Of a stretch of DNA of 64,000 bases, positions 1 through 11,051 are shown piece after piece (the first letter of the stretch is position 1; every line of letters starts with the position of its first letter). Source of the DNA: an uncultured Planctomycetota bacterium (GTDB lineage Bacteria > Planctomycetota > Planctomycetia > Isosphaerales > Isosphaeraceae). The notes below the pieces were generated by a model that worked only from the letters and a program-made list of their open reading frames with translations, was not told the DNA's origin and searched no databases. Location of the stretch: positions 480,001 through 544,000 of the forward strand of contig CAWJTV010000034.1 in the NCBI GenBank assembly GCA_963845755.1. Reading direction: 5' to 3'. Both the position numbers and the translations under genes were made by a program.

Positions 1-14
1 TGACTCAATCCGCG

Positions 15-572
15 TTGCTGGTACGCGGCCGGCGTCTGGCCTTGCTGTCGGTCCTTCTCGAGGGCCGCGATCTCCTGAATGTGAACGGCTGGACGGTGCA
101 ACTCGCGCTCCCGCCGTCGATCGCGGCCGCGCCGGTGGAGGGCTGCCGCGCCCTGGCCCTCGCCGAATCCCACGGTCGCGGTTCCGCGCAGGTACTGCCG
201 ATCGGCCTGCCGTGCGCGGATTATCCCACCGACCGCGGGCGGTTTCAGGCCGAGTGGCCGGACCTGACCTTGAACCATTCGGCCGCGGGCCGGCGCTGCT
301 GGCTCCCCCTCCTGGTCTCCTGGGACCCCGCGCGACATCGTAAGAGCTTGCGCTGGCGCATCTTGACCGTCTCCGAACGGTCGCGAGCCGTTGGCCGGGA
401 CCGGGCCTTCGCCGCACGCGTGAGCTGGGGCCGCGACGAGTCCTATGTCATCTATCGCAGCCTGGGAACTCCGGCGCCTCGTGCCTTCCTGGGACACCAG
501 ACCAAGTCCCGATTCCTCTTCGGACAATTCACGACCGATGGCGAGGTCAAACCGATTGTGACCGTCGATTGA
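15..572 (+). CDS. 3' part of a conserved hypothetical protein (probably begins before the window or is frameshifted)
   Basis: 185-aa ORF with plausible protein composition; no family recognised with confidence. Confidence 0.5.
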   Translation: MLVRGRRLALLSVLLEGRDLLNVNGWTVQLALPPSIAAAPVEGCRALALAESHGRGSAQVLPIGLPCADYPTDRGRFQAEWPDLTLNHSAAGRRCWLPLLVSWDPARHRKSLRWRILTVSERSRAVGRDRAFAARVSWGRDESYVIYRSLGTPAPRAFLGHQTKSRFLFGQFTTDGEVKPIVTVD

Positions 573-575
573 GTC

Positions 576-812
576 TCATGCATCCCACTGACTACCCTGC
601 TCCTTCCTGATCTCCCCGATAACCCGGGCCCTTGCGATGACTGACAGGGACCAAGTGATGTAGATCAGGGTGACACCCACGGTTAGATACCCGGAATGTT
701 GATGGGCCTTCTGTAACGACGCCTGGCCCTGGACGATCAACTGCCCCATGACAAGCTGCGCGATCACCAAGATAGCAGCCAGTACGCCCGTGATCATGAG
801 AAGCGGTTTCAT
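576..812 (-). CDS. small membrane protein (78 aa, two hydrophobic helices)
   Basis: MKPLLMITGVLAAILVIAQLVMG...HQHSGYLTVGVTLIYITWSL; C-terminal part of ORF 576..1733. Confidence 0.65.
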   Translation of the reverse strand: MKPLLMITGVLAAILVIAQLVMGQLIVQGQASLQKAHQHSGYLTVGVTLIYITWSLSVIARARVIGEIRKEQGSQWDA

Positions 813-844
813 TGTGGGACCGAATCCTTCAGAATAGAAAAGTC

Positions 845-899
845 GGTCAGGCTTTCCGGCCTGACGCTCCAAACCGTCAGGCCGGAAAGCCTGACCTAC
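845..899. repeat. REP-like palindromic doublet (GTAG family)
   Basis: GGTCAGGCTTTCCGGCCTGAC...GTCAGGCCGGAAAGCCTGACCTAC; second copy at 10951-11007. Confidence 0.75.
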
Positions 900-911
900 G
901 TACGGGCTATC

Positions 912-1613
912 ATGAACGAAGACCGAATCCGTGAGAACCTGGGGATGATCCGGAACCGAATCGCCGCGGCGGCGCGGCGGTCCGGCCGTGCCGCCGATGC
1001 CGTCCGCCTGATCGCCGTGACCAAACGCAGCCCATTGGAATGGATCCGGCCGCTTGTCGTCGCCGGGGCACGCGACCTGGGAGAGAACTATCCCCAGGAA
1101 CTTTGGCGGAAGGCGGAAGCGCTCGCGGACCTCGGGGATTCCGTCCGCTGGCACTTGATTGGACACTTGCAATCCAACAAGGTCAAGAAAACTCTCCCCC
1201 TGGTCGTCATGATCCACGCGGTGGATTCGCTGAAGCTGCTGCAAACCCTCAATGATTCGGCGGTGACCCTCCCCACACCGCCCTCGGTCTGCTTGCAGGT
1301 CAACACCTCGGGCGAGACGAGCAAGCATGGTTGGACTGCCGCCCAGGTACTCGACGACAGTGAATCGATTGCGGCGTGCCGTGCGATCCCGATTGTCGGC
1401 TTGATGACAATGGCCGCGCTGGGGACGACGCCGGAGACGGCGCGCGGGTCGTTCGTCGCGCTCCGTGAGCTGCGCGACGGCCTGTGCCATCGGACAGGCA
1501 TGGCACTGGACGAGCTTTCGATGGGGATGTCGAATGATTTCGAGACGGCCATCGAAGAGGGGGCCACGCTGGTCCGGATCGGCTCGGCTTTGTTCGAGGG
1601 GGTTGAACCGTGA
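912..1613 (+). CDS. yggS: YggS/PLPBP pyridoxal-phosphate homeostasis protein
   Basis: LIAVTK, GENYPQE, WHLIGHLQSNK, GLMTM, LSMGMSNDFETAIEEGATLVRIGS motifs. Confidence 0.95.
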   Translation: MNEDRIRENLGMIRNRIAAAARRSGRAADAVRLIAVTKRSPLEWIRPLVVAGARDLGENYPQELWRKAEALADLGDSVRWHLIGHLQSNKVKKTLPLVVMIHAVDSLKLLQTLNDSAVTLPTPPSVCLQVNTSGETSKHGWTAAQVLDDSESIAACRAIPIVGLMTMAALGTTPETARGSFVALRELRDGLCHRTGMALDELSMGMSNDFETAIEEGATLVRIGSALFEGVEP

Positions 1614-1903
1614 TCGCGATCGTTCCGCACGCCGAGGGCGCGATCGTCTCCGTCGTGGCACAACCGGGCTCGAAGCGCAATGCCGTCCTCGGCGAGCGCG
1701 CCGGGGCGTTCCGGATCGCGGTGACGGCCCCACCGGATAAAGGGAAGGCCAACGCGGCCATTCAGACGATGCTCGCGGAGAACCTGGGGTGCAAGACCGC
1801 GCAGGTGTCGCTGATCTCCGGTGCGTCCTCGCGGCAGAAGCGGTTCCTCATCCGAGGAGTAGACATCGAGGAGCTGCGGAAACGCATCTTAGAGCGTTTA
1901 TGA
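1610..1903 (+). CDS. yggU: DUF167 / YggU family protein
   Basis: VTAPPDKGKANAA...GASSRQK motif; overlaps the yggS stop. Confidence 0.9.
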   Translation: MIAIVPHAEGAIVSVVAQPGSKRNAVLGERAGAFRIAVTAPPDKGKANAAIQTMLAENLGCKTAQVSLISGASSRQKRFLIRGVDIEELRKRILERL

Positions 1904-1979
1904 GAAGGTGTTGTCGGGTGCTCGGTGAGCACCAATAGTTCTCGGGAAAAGGATTCGGTGCTCGCAGAGCACGCTACCA

Positions 1980-3312
1980 ATGACCATAGAATACCCGGAA
2001 GCGATGCCGATCGAACTTTGGACGGGTGCGCCGCCTTGCGCGGTCGTCCGGGTGCCAGGGTCGAAGAGCCTGACCAACCGGGCGCTGATCGTCGCCGCTA
2101 TGGCGGACGGGCCGAGTGTCCTGACCGGCACTCTCGATTGCGAGGATACGCGTGTGATGGTCGAGGCGATCCGGAGCCTGGGCATCGACGTTGAGCACGA
2201 GGCAACCTCGGCGTCGATCCGGCTGAGCGGTTGCGGTGGCAATATTCCTGCTCGGACGGCCGCATTGGAAGTGGCCAACTCGGGCACGAGCCTCCGCTTC
2301 CTGACGGCGATGCTGGCGACCGGGCAGGGGACCTTCCACCTCGACGGGACGCCCCGGATGCGTCAGCGGCCCGTCGCCGACCTCCTCACGGCGCTGCAAC
2401 GGTCTGGGCGCCGATGCGCGATCGGACCTCGGGACCGGCTGCCCGCCGTTGACCATCCGGGCCAGCGGACTCGACGGTGGCTATGCCTTCGTAAAGGGCG
2501 ACGTCTCCAGCCAGTTCCTGAGCGGCCTGCTCATGGCGCTGCCATATTCCCGGGATGTGACCACGGTCGAGGTCCGGGGCACGCTGGTCTCGCAACCCTA
2601 CGTGACCATGACGTTGGCGGTGATGGAGTCCTTCGGTGTCCGCGTGGACAACCGCAAGTTCCGCCGCTTCGACGTATCGCCCGCGCACTACCATGGCCGG
2701 AACTATGCGATCGAGCCGGACGCCTCGGCCGCCAGCTATTTCTTCGCCATGGCGGCGATCACCGGAGGCACCATCACCGTCGAGGGGCTTGGAGGCACGA
2801 GCCTTCAGGGTGACCTGGCGTTCGTGGACATCCTCGAATACATGGGCTGCTCCGTGAACCGGGACGCGGAGCGGACAACCGTGACCGGCGGCCAGCTGCG
2901 CGCCGTCGACGTTGACATGAACGCCCTGTCGGACACCGTGATGACCCTGGCCGTGATCGCCCTGTTCGCCGGCGGCGTCTCGCGCATCCGAAATGTAGCC
3001 CACATCCGTCACAAGGAAAGCGATCGGATCGCCGCTCTGGCGACGGAACTCCGCAAGTTGGGCGCCGAGGTCGACGAACTCCCCGACGGCCTGGTCATCA
3101 ACCCTCCCTCGAACGACCGCCTCCACGGGGCACCGATCGCCACCTACGACGATCACCGCATGGCGATGTCGTTCGCCATCGCCGGCCTGCGCATTCCCGG
3201 CGTCACGATCCTCGACCCCGGCTGCGTTGCCAAGACTTACCCGGGGTTCTGGGAGGACGTCGAACTTGTCCGGGTCGATGGCGGCAGATGCTCCGAAGCG
3301 CACAACTGTTAA
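1980..3312 (+). CDS. aroA: 3-phosphoshikimate 1-carboxyvinyltransferase (EPSP synthase), one frameshift near 2400
   Basis: PGSKSLTNRAL, NSGTSLRFL, SSQFLSGLL, RHKESDRI, TYDDHRMAMSF, CVAKTYPGFW across ORFs 1980..2813 and 2449..3312. Confidence 0.93.
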
Positions 3313-3476
3313 GAATCGTTAACACTGGGACTGGCCACTACTTCCCGGTACGACGGGTGTTCATAATGTGTGGGCTCAGCCGGGATTGGGGCCGCACCTG
3401 GTCGCCCTTCCGTGCGGGAGGGGACGCTGCCCCCGGTTGGACATCGCCCCATGAGTTTCGAGGAGGGCAAAGTCCC

Positions 3477-3863
3477 ATGCAATCGCGCCGCGGATTCATG
3501 CTCATGCTCACTATGGCCTTCGTGGCCATGGCTTTCGTCGTTGGCTCGGTCATCGCCGACGAGTTACTTGGCGTGATCAGCAAGGTCGACGTCGAGGGCA
3601 AGAAGCTCACCGTCATCGAGAAGGACACCGACAAGGAGATCGAGATCACGATCAACGACAAGACCGAACAGGTGAGCAAGAAGAAGGGTGAAGACGAGCC
3701 GACGGTCGTGAAGCTCGACATGGAGAACCTGGAGAAGTTGGCCAAGGGGGTTGATCGGGCCAAGGAGAAAGGGAGGAAGGGAGTCAACGCCAAGATTACC
3801 CACGAGAAGGGTGTTGCCTCAAAGGTCGAACTTAAGGGAGGCAGGGGGAAGAAGGTGCAGTAA
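3477..3863 (+). CDS. secreted Lys-rich hypothetical protein (OB-fold-like)
   Basis: GAGGAG ribosome-binding site, signal peptide, then GVISKVDVEGKKLTV. Confidence 0.75.
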   Translation: MQSRRGFMLMLTMAFVAMAFVVGSVIADELLGVISKVDVEGKKLTVIEKDTDKEIEITINDKTEQVSKKKGEDEPTVVKLDMENLEKLAKGVDRAKEKGRKGVNAKITHEKGVASKVELKGGRGKKVQ

Positions 3864-4135
3864 TCCGATTTGCGGACACCTCAAAGGCGTGGTCGGGGCC
3901 GGTGTTGGTTCGATCCAGGGCGGTTGAGCCATCCCCGGCCTTTCCGCGCGGATCGAGCCGACGCACACGCGGTCGGGTCGGGGTCGCTTCGCCAGGTCAT
4001 TTTCATCTCACCGATGGTCAGAACCTCATCTTCCCTCGCAATGCGCTTTCCTCTTGAAGGTCGCGTTCATTCGATTGTCGGGGAGACACAGGATTCCGTT
4101 GACGCGACCGTCAACCGGGGCGTTTCGTCGGTCCC

Positions 4136-5187
4136 TCAGAAGGAACTTTCGGAACGTCCTTGAAACGCGGCGATTCGAAGGTCTTGATTCCTTCGGGGGT
4201 CAAGCGACGGAAGATCGCCGCGTGCGCCGGGGGTCTCGTCGACCAGCCTGAGCCCCCGGTCGGGACCGAGAAGATAGGCGGTCGTCTCGAGGGCGTCGGC
4301 GGTCGCCCCGTCGGGGGCGACGACGGTGACAGCCGCGCGGTCCTCGTGACCCAGACCCGTCGCCGGATTGATGATGTGCGAATAGCGATGTCCATCGATG
4401 ATGACGAACCGTTCGGCGTCGCCGGCGGTCGAAACCGCGGCGTTCTTCAGCAGCAGGGTAGGTGGATGGTCACCGAGCTTGGGGTCCAGCGGCGCGATGG
4501 CGATCCTCCAGCCCTCGGCGTCGGGGGGAGGGTCGCCAACGACGATGTCGCCGGCGCCGCCGACCAGCGCCCGCGTGATCCCCTTCGACCTGAGCACGTC
4601 GAGCCCGGCCTGGGCGGCGTAGCCCTTGGCGATCCCGCCGACGTCGAGCTTCATTCCCGGCTTCAAGAGCTGGACGGTCCGTGCCGCCGGGTCGAGCACC
4701 ATCTTGTCCGAGCCGACGAGCTGTCGGGCCTCGGCGATCCGCGCCGGGTCCGGCAACTTCCGGTCGCGGCGCGCGCGCGCCAGAGCCGGCCGACCGGTGC
4801 GATCGTGACATCGAACGCCCCACCCGATCGCTCGTACATCCGCTTCGATCGCGCGAGCACGTCGAAGAGGTCGGCTTCGACCTTCGCCGGCGGCCCGCCG
4901 GCCGATCGCGACAACTTCGACAGCGCGCTCTCCGGATCGTAATCGCTCAACACGGCATTCAGCGCCTCGATCCGATCGAAGGCCGCTCGGGAGGCGCGTC
5001 TGGCGGTCGCGTCGTCCGTCGAGTATAAAACAAGATGAAATGCGCTGGCCATGTGCGTCTCCTCAAACTCGAAACGCGACAGGCGCCGGCCAGATTCACG
5101 AACCTGCCCGGCCGTTCTCCCGACCTCACCGCCGGGACTTGACGGGAACGATTGAACCCACAGCCACGCGATCAAAGTCGCACCCAT
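4136..5187 (-). CDS. apbE: FAD:protein FMN transferase (ApbE), frameshift near 4785
   Basis: HMASAFHL, GAFDVTIAP, LDVGGIAKGYA, YSHIINPATG, ADALET motifs in two frames. Confidence 0.9.
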
Positions 5188-5266
5188 GAAGGCCTCCGGG
5201 GCGTGAACTCGGCCTCGGGAATCCGTACTCGTGCCAGGAAATCCGGTCACTTGGAGCATATCAAAC

Positions 5267-6342
5267 GTGAGCCGTTTCTCGAATACCGTCGGGCTGGCCG
5301 TCGTCGCCTCGGCGCTCTGGCTCGGGTCGCCACGGATGGCGACTTCCGCGCCCAGGAGCCGGCGGCGGAGACCGCCAGTTCAATGAAGCCTTATGTGGAG
5401 ACTATCCCCGGGACCGCCGTCAAGTTCGAGATGGTCCCGATTCCCGGCGGGACCTTCACCATGGGCAGCCCTCCGGAAGAGGCGAAGCTCGAGAAGGACG
5501 ACGACCCGCTCATCAAGGTCGCGCCGAGTCCGCAGCACCCGGTCCAGATCGCCCCTTTCTGGATGGGCAAGTACGAAGTCACCTGGGACGAGTACGACCA
5601 GTTCGCGTTCTCCTTGGACTTGAAGAAGAAATCGCGAGAGAAAGTCGATCTCACCCAGCAGCCCGAGACCGAGAAGAAGGCCGACGCGGTGACCCGGCCG
5701 ACCCCTCCGTACGCCGACATGACGTTCGGCTTCGGCCGGGATGGTCAACCCGCCATCTGTATGACTCACCACGCGGCGATGGAATACTGCCGGTGGCTCT
5801 CGGCCAAGACCGGGAAAACCTACCGTCTGCCGACGGAAGCCGAATGGGAATATGCCTGCCGCGCCGGGACGAAAACCGCCTATTCCTGGGGTGATGACCC
5901 GGAGAAGCTCGACGCGTACGCCTGGGACGTCAACAATGCCGAGAAGCCCATGCCCGTCGGCAAGAAGAAGCCCAATCCGTGGGGCCTCTATGACATTCAC
6001 GGGAACGTCTCGGAGTGGTGCCTGGATCATTACTCGGCCGACGCCTACAAGACCTATCCTACCGGGAAGCCGACCCTGGGCCCGGTCAGCCTGCCGGATG
6101 CCAAGGAGTATCCCTACATCGTCCGGGGCGGGTCGTGGGACGACGACCCCGAGAAACTCCGTAGCGCGGCCCGCCGGGGTTCGAACAAGGAATGGAGCAC
6201 CCAGGACCCGCAACGTCCCCAGAGCATCTGGTGGCACACCGACGCCACATTCGCGGGGTTCCGGATTATCCGCCCGCTGAACGAGCAAGCCAATCTCAAG
6301 GGCCTCAAGTCGCCGGTCGTCAAGGGCAGGGGCACCCGATGA
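5267..6342 (+). CDS. formylglycine-generating-enzyme (SUMF1/EgtB/PvdO) family protein; start approximate
   Basis: MVPIPGGTFTMGS, YRLPTEAEWEYACRAG, PNPWGLYDIHGNVSEW, RGGSW, GFR. Confidence 0.9.
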
Positions 6343-6488
6343 TCCGTCGGGTCCCGGCCCGTTCGAGTCGAGTCGCGTTCCGCCAAGTCGCCTTGAATCG
6401 ATAGGACGAAGAGTGAGCGTGTCCGAGGGGTGAGGGCCGAGTGGCCCTCCGAGTTGATGACATCCCAACCAGCACCAGGAGTCGAACG

Positions 6489-7775
6489 ATGACCGAGCCA
6501 ACCTCTTCGAAGAACTTCTCCCCTTCGCGGCGTGATTTCCTGAAGACTTCGACCGCCGCCGCGGTCGGCCTGGGCGCGATGGGCCATGTCCACGCCGCCG
6601 GCAGCGATGTCATCAAAGTGGGGCTGATCGGCTGCGGCGGCCGTGGCCGCGGCGCCGCGGACAACATCTGCGAGGCGGCCGGTAGCAGCTACAATATCAA
6701 GCTCCACGCTCTGGGCGACGTGTTTCCCGACCACCTCAAGGATTGCCGTGAGTTCCTCCGCAACAACGCCAATTCCAAGGAGCGGATGGACATCTCCGAC
6801 GATCGCTGCTTCGTCGGGTTCGATGCTTACCAGAAAGTGATCGAGTGCTGCGACCTCGTGATGCTGGCCACCCCTCCCGGCTTCCGGCCGCTGCACATCG
6901 AGGCGACCATCAAGGCCGGCAAGCAGCTCTTCACCGAGAAGCCGGTGGCCGTCGATGGCACGGGCATCCGCAAGGTCCTGGACGCTTATGAGGAAGCCAA
7001 GAAGAAGGGCCTGTCGGTCGTCGCCGGCACCCAGCGCCGCCATCAGGCGGGCTACCTTGAGAGCCTGAAGCGGATTCACGACGGAGTGCTGGGCGACCTG
7101 GTCACCGGCCGCGTCTACTGGAACCAGGGCGACATCTGGGTCCATCCCCGCAAGGAAGGCTGGAGCGACACCGAGTATCAGATTCGCAACTGGTACCACT
7201 TCCTCTGGCTCTGCGGCGATCACATCGTCGAACAGCATGTGCACAATCTCGACGTGGCGATCTGGGCACTGGGTGCCCATCCGGTGAGTGCCGTCGGGAT
7301 GGGCGGCCGCCAGGTGCACAACGAGCCGGCCTATGGACAGAGTTACGACCACTTCGCCGTCGATTACGAGTTCCCCGACGGCAAGCACGTCCTGAGCATG
7401 GCCCGGCAGATCCAGGGCTGCGCCGACAATGTCTCGGAGACGATCATCGGCACCAACGGCGAGTTTCACAGCGGTGGCTATCGCTTCACCGGACGATACA
7501 AGGATCGCATCCGCATCCGCGAGGTGAATCCCTACGTCCAGGAACACATCGACCTGCTCGAGAGCATTACGGCTCATAAGCCGATCAACGAGCTGAAGCA
7601 GGTGGCCGAGAGCACGCTCACGGCGATCATGGGTCGCGATTCGGCGTACACGGGCAAGAAGCTCTCCTGGGACCAGGCGCTCAACTCGACGCTCAACACG
7701 TTCCCCAAGTCACCGCTGGCGTGGGGCCCGATGAAGGAAGGCCCGGTGCCCCGTCCGGGCATGGAGCTGGGCTGA
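6489..7775 (+). CDS. Tat-exported Gfo/Idh/MocA oxidoreductase
   Basis: SRRDFLK signal, GLIGCGGRG, FTEKP, GDHIVEQHVHNLD. Confidence 0.92.
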   Translation: MTEPTSSKNFSPSRRDFLKTSTAAAVGLGAMGHVHAAGSDVIKVGLIGCGGRGRGAADNICEAAGSSYNIKLHALGDVFPDHLKDCREFLRNNANSKERMDISDDRCFVGFDAYQKVIECCDLVMLATPPGFRPLHIEATIKAGKQLFTEKPVAVDGTGIRKVLDAYEEAKKKGLSVVAGTQRRHQAGYLESLKRIHDGVLGDLVTGRVYWNQGDIWVHPRKEGWSDTEYQIRNWYHFLWLCGDHIVEQHVHNLDVAIWALGAHPVSAVGMGGRQVHNEPAYGQSYDHFAVDYEFPDGKHVLSMARQIQGCADNVSETIIGTNGEFHSGGYRFTGRYKDRIRIREVNPYVQEHIDLLESITAHKPINELKQVAESTLTAIMGRDSAYTGKKLSWDQALNSTLNTFPKSPLAWGPMKEGPVPRPGMELG

Positions 7776-7877
7776 GTTATCGGATCCGGCTCCGTCCGAC
7801 GACCCGAGATCCTCGGCGGACGGAGCCCCTTCTCCGATCGCGCAACGTCTCCCCCGCAAACCCACGAGGACATCCCG

Positions 7878-8767
7878 ATGAGGAAGCTGCTGGCTTACGC
7901 GCTCTCGACACTCGTGACGGCCTGGTTGATCGGCACCGTCGCACCCGCGCAGGCCGCCGACACGGCCAAGGTTGTCCTGGTCGCCGGCCGGCCCAGCCAC
8001 GGCCCGGGCGATCATGAGTTCAATGCCGGTTGCAAACTACTGGCCAAGTGCCTGGTGCAGGTCCCTGGCATCGAGCCCGTGGTCGTGACGGGAGGCTGGC
8101 CCAAGGATGAATCGGTATTCGAGGGCGCCGGACGCTCGTGTTCTTCATGGACGGCGGCGGCGGACACCCCATGATTCAGGGGAACCATCTGGAGACGCTC
8201 CAGAAGCTGATGGATAAGGGCGTGGGCCTGGTCTGTCTGCACTACGCGGTCGAGGTCCCCAAGGGCGGGCCGGGCGACAAGTTCCTGGACTGGATCGGCG
8301 GCTATTATGAGACCGGCTTCTCGACCAACCCGCACTGGACGGCGGAGATCCAGAGCCTGCCGACGCATGCGATCACCCGGGGTGTCAAGCCGTTCGCCGT
8401 CAAGGACGAGTGGTACTTCAACATCCGATTTCGCCCAGGCATGAAAGGCGTCGTGCCACTCGTCGTGGCCAAGCCCGATGACAAGACGCGCCAGGGAGTC
8501 TCCTCATCCCCGCGCGGGCCGTACCAGCACATCGTTGAGGCCAAGGGGCGCGACGAAGTGCTCGCCTGGGCGGTGGAACGCCCGGACGGCGGCCGTGGCT
8601 TCGGCTTCACGGGCGCCCACGCCCATAAGAATTGGGGCGATCCCAGTTTTCGCAAGCTGGTCCTCAACGCGATCCTCTGGACCGCCAAGCTCGACGTGCC
8701 TGCCGAAGGGGTTAACTCGTCGGTCACCGATGAGGAGTTGAAGCAGAACCTCGATCCCAAGAGATGA
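7878..8767 (+). CDS. ThuA-like domain secreted protein, frameshift near 8135
   Basis: signal peptide, SHGPGDHE, GVGLVCLHYA, DEWYF, GRGFGFTGAH, LVLNAILW. Confidence 0.85.
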
Positions 8768-8779
8768 GCCGGACGACTC

Positions 8780-9083
8780 CTATCCGCCCTCATCGCCGCC
8801 GGCTTCACGGAGCGCGCGAGCGATTCGACTCCGCGCCTCCGTGGAGAGGATGTTCTCGTTCGGGTCGCCCTCGACCACGAGTTGATTGCGGCGACGGACG
8901 ACCCGACGGATGAGGCCGATCTGCTGGCGATACCGACGACACGAGCGGCACAGCATCAGATGACACCTGAAGCGCCACACGCTCGAGGCGGGGCAGTGTC
9001 TCGTCCAGCTCTCGCGACGCCAGCGCCGAAGCGGCGTCGCAATGGAGAGTCAGGATTTCTAGCAGACCGCTCGACCAACTCAT
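8780..9083 (-). CDS. zinc-finger (zf-HC2) anti-sigma factor, frameshifted
   Basis: LHCDAASALASRELD...HLMLCRSC (HxxxCxxC); overlaps the sigma factor stop. Confidence 0.8.
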
Positions 9084-9727
9084 GGGGTCCCCCTCGACCC
9101 GCCGTGGTCCTCGCAGAACCAATGTTTCTCGAGACATTCGCGGAGCAGGAGCCGGGCACGGTGGAGACGCACGCGGAGATTCCCCTCGCTCAGGGCGAGG
9201 TCGCGGCGGAGTTCCGCCGTATCCAGGCCCTCGAGCTCGCGCAAGACGAAGACGGAGGATAACGATCGCGGCAGTCGAGCCAGGCAGCCGTCGAGCACGT
9301 CCCAGAACTCGCGATCCTCGAGCGCCTGTTCCGGTGCCTTCCAGGATGTCACGGCAGTTTTCCACAGCCCCTTAGGGCTGAAGTACCGCTGACTGACGAG
9401 ATCCGGTCGGCCGACCGCGTCGTCGTCCGTCTCGGAGTCGGTCGCAGGTACAGGACTCGCCGCGCGCCGATAGTGATCCACGATCTTATGGCGCAGGATG
9501 GAAACCAACCACGTCCGGATGGCCGCGCGCTGTTCGAATCGGCCTTGCGACTGGAGCGCCGCGAGGAAGGCATCCTGAACCAGGTCTTCCGCCAGCTCCC
9601 GGTTGCCGACCCGAGATCGGGCGTACTGGTACAAGGCGTCCCCGTGCGCGTCCAGCCAGGTCGCGGCATCGCCGGACATCGCCGGCGAATCGGAACGGTC
9701 GGTCTGCGGGGTCTGACGGGCGTTCAT
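9080..9727 (-). CDS. ECF sigma-70 factor
   Basis: AEDLVQDAFL, TWLVSILRHK, VFVLRELEG, VRLHRARLLLR. Confidence 0.92.
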   Translation of the reverse strand: MNARQTPQTDRSDSPAMSGDAATWLDAHGDALYQYARSRVGNRELAEDLVQDAFLAALQSQGRFEQRAAIRTWLVSILRHKIVDHYRRAASPVPATDSETDDDAVGRPDLVSQRYFSPKGLWKTAVTSWKAPEQALEDREFWDVLDGCLARLPRSLSSVFVLRELEGLDTAELRRDLALSEGNLRVRLHRARLLLRECLEKHWFCEDHGGSRGTP

Positions 9728-9987
9728 TGATCCCTCGCCGACTCCTCTCCTGGCGCCGACCCGGTCAGCCGTGATACCCCCGATTCATGTTACATCGATC
9801 ACTCGCCCGGACAAGTCCCCGAGGCAAGAAGAGCGCTGCAATCCCGTGGGAGTGAGATCACTCGGGAACGGTCACCTCTTTTTTCGCCAGGTGGCTGTAA
9901 CGCCGAAGCGATCTCCGCGACTAAACCGCGTGCGGACAGACGGTCCGCGGTTGCAAGGAGTCTCCTCTTCTGGCATGGAGTTCGATC

Positions 9988-10827
9988 GTGATGCGCAAGG
10001 TATCTCCGCCGGTTTTGCTCCGGGTCGTCGCAGCGTTGGCCGTTCTTGGGATCACGTCCACGGCGTCTGCGGCCCAGATACAGATCACCGTGACCAACAA
10101 CCAGCCGGCTGGCGGCTTCGCGCTGGCGCCGGTGTGGCTGGGAATCCAGGATGGTACGTTCAACGCGTTCACACCGGGCACGACCGCCAGCCCGGAGATC
10201 GCCACGTTAGCCCAGTTCGGCAACACCGCCCCGCTCTCGTCTTCCTTCGAGTCCCTGGGCATCGGAGTTGATACGACCCTGACCTCCGGGGTGCCGGCCT
10301 TGAAGCAGTTTGTGCCGGGTCAGTCGAATTCAACGATCCTCGACGTGAACAATCCCGCCATGACCCAGTACTTCAGCTTCGCGGGGATGGTCGTTCCGTC
10401 CAACGACTTCTTCATGGGCAATGCCACCCCGCTCCAAATCTTCAACTCGAACGGCAGATTCATCGGCCCGATGACGATCCAGATCTTTGGTTCGGACGTC
10501 TGGGATTCGGATACCGAAGCCCAGAGCACAACGACGGCCCTCACCTTCATAGCGGGCCAGACTCCCGGGAGTGGGACGCAGATCACCAATGGGACGATCA
10601 CCACGGTGTTGCCGAATTCGGCAGACTTCCTGAACAGCATCAACGGCCTGACCACGGCAGCCGGCTATACGATTACCAACGTCCCCACGAGCGACCAACT
10701 CATCGCCACGATCCAGCTCAGTTCCGTGCCAGAGCCCGCGTCGATCGTGCTCCTGGGCATGGGGTTCGTCGGCATGATCGTGGGAAGCCGGGCTGTGCGA
10801 TCGCGAAAAGCCGGCAAGAACGGATGA
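9988..10827 (+). CDS. spondin-domain PEP-CTERM protein
   Basis: signal peptide, AGMVVPSNDFF, VPEPASIVLLG followed by a transmembrane segment and basic tail. Confidence 0.85.
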   Translation: MMRKVSPPVLLRVVAALAVLGITSTASAAQIQITVTNNQPAGGFALAPVWLGIQDGTFNAFTPGTTASPEIATLAQFGNTAPLSSSFESLGIGVDTTLTSGVPALKQFVPGQSNSTILDVNNPAMTQYFSFAGMVVPSNDFFMGNATPLQIFNSNGRFIGPMTIQIFGSDVWDSDTEAQSTTTALTFIAGQTPGSGTQITNGTITTVLPNSADFLNSINGLTTAAGYTITNVPTSDQLIATIQLSSVPEPASIVLLGMGFVGMIVGSRAVRSRKAGKNG

Positions 10828-10950
10828 ACGATCGATTCGGTTGTTGATGATGGCAATCTCGCGGCCGGGCGCCACGTCGATCGTTTATCCTCATTCTGAT
10901 GACGTGGCGACCGGCCGATCCATTATTACGCCGGCAATGAAGAGCCTCAT

Positions 10951-11007
10951 GTAGGTCAGGCTTTCCAGCCTGACTCTTCAGGCGCGTCAGGCTGGAAAGC
11001 CTGACCT
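10951..11007. repeat. REP-like palindromic doublet (GTAG family) between convergent genes
   Basis: GTAGGTCAGGCTTTCCAGCCTGAC...GTCAGGCTGGAAAGCCTGACCT. Confidence 0.75.
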
Positions 11008-11051
11008 CCTTTCTCGCCGGCGGAATACATCGAGTTCGCGAGGGAGGTATT

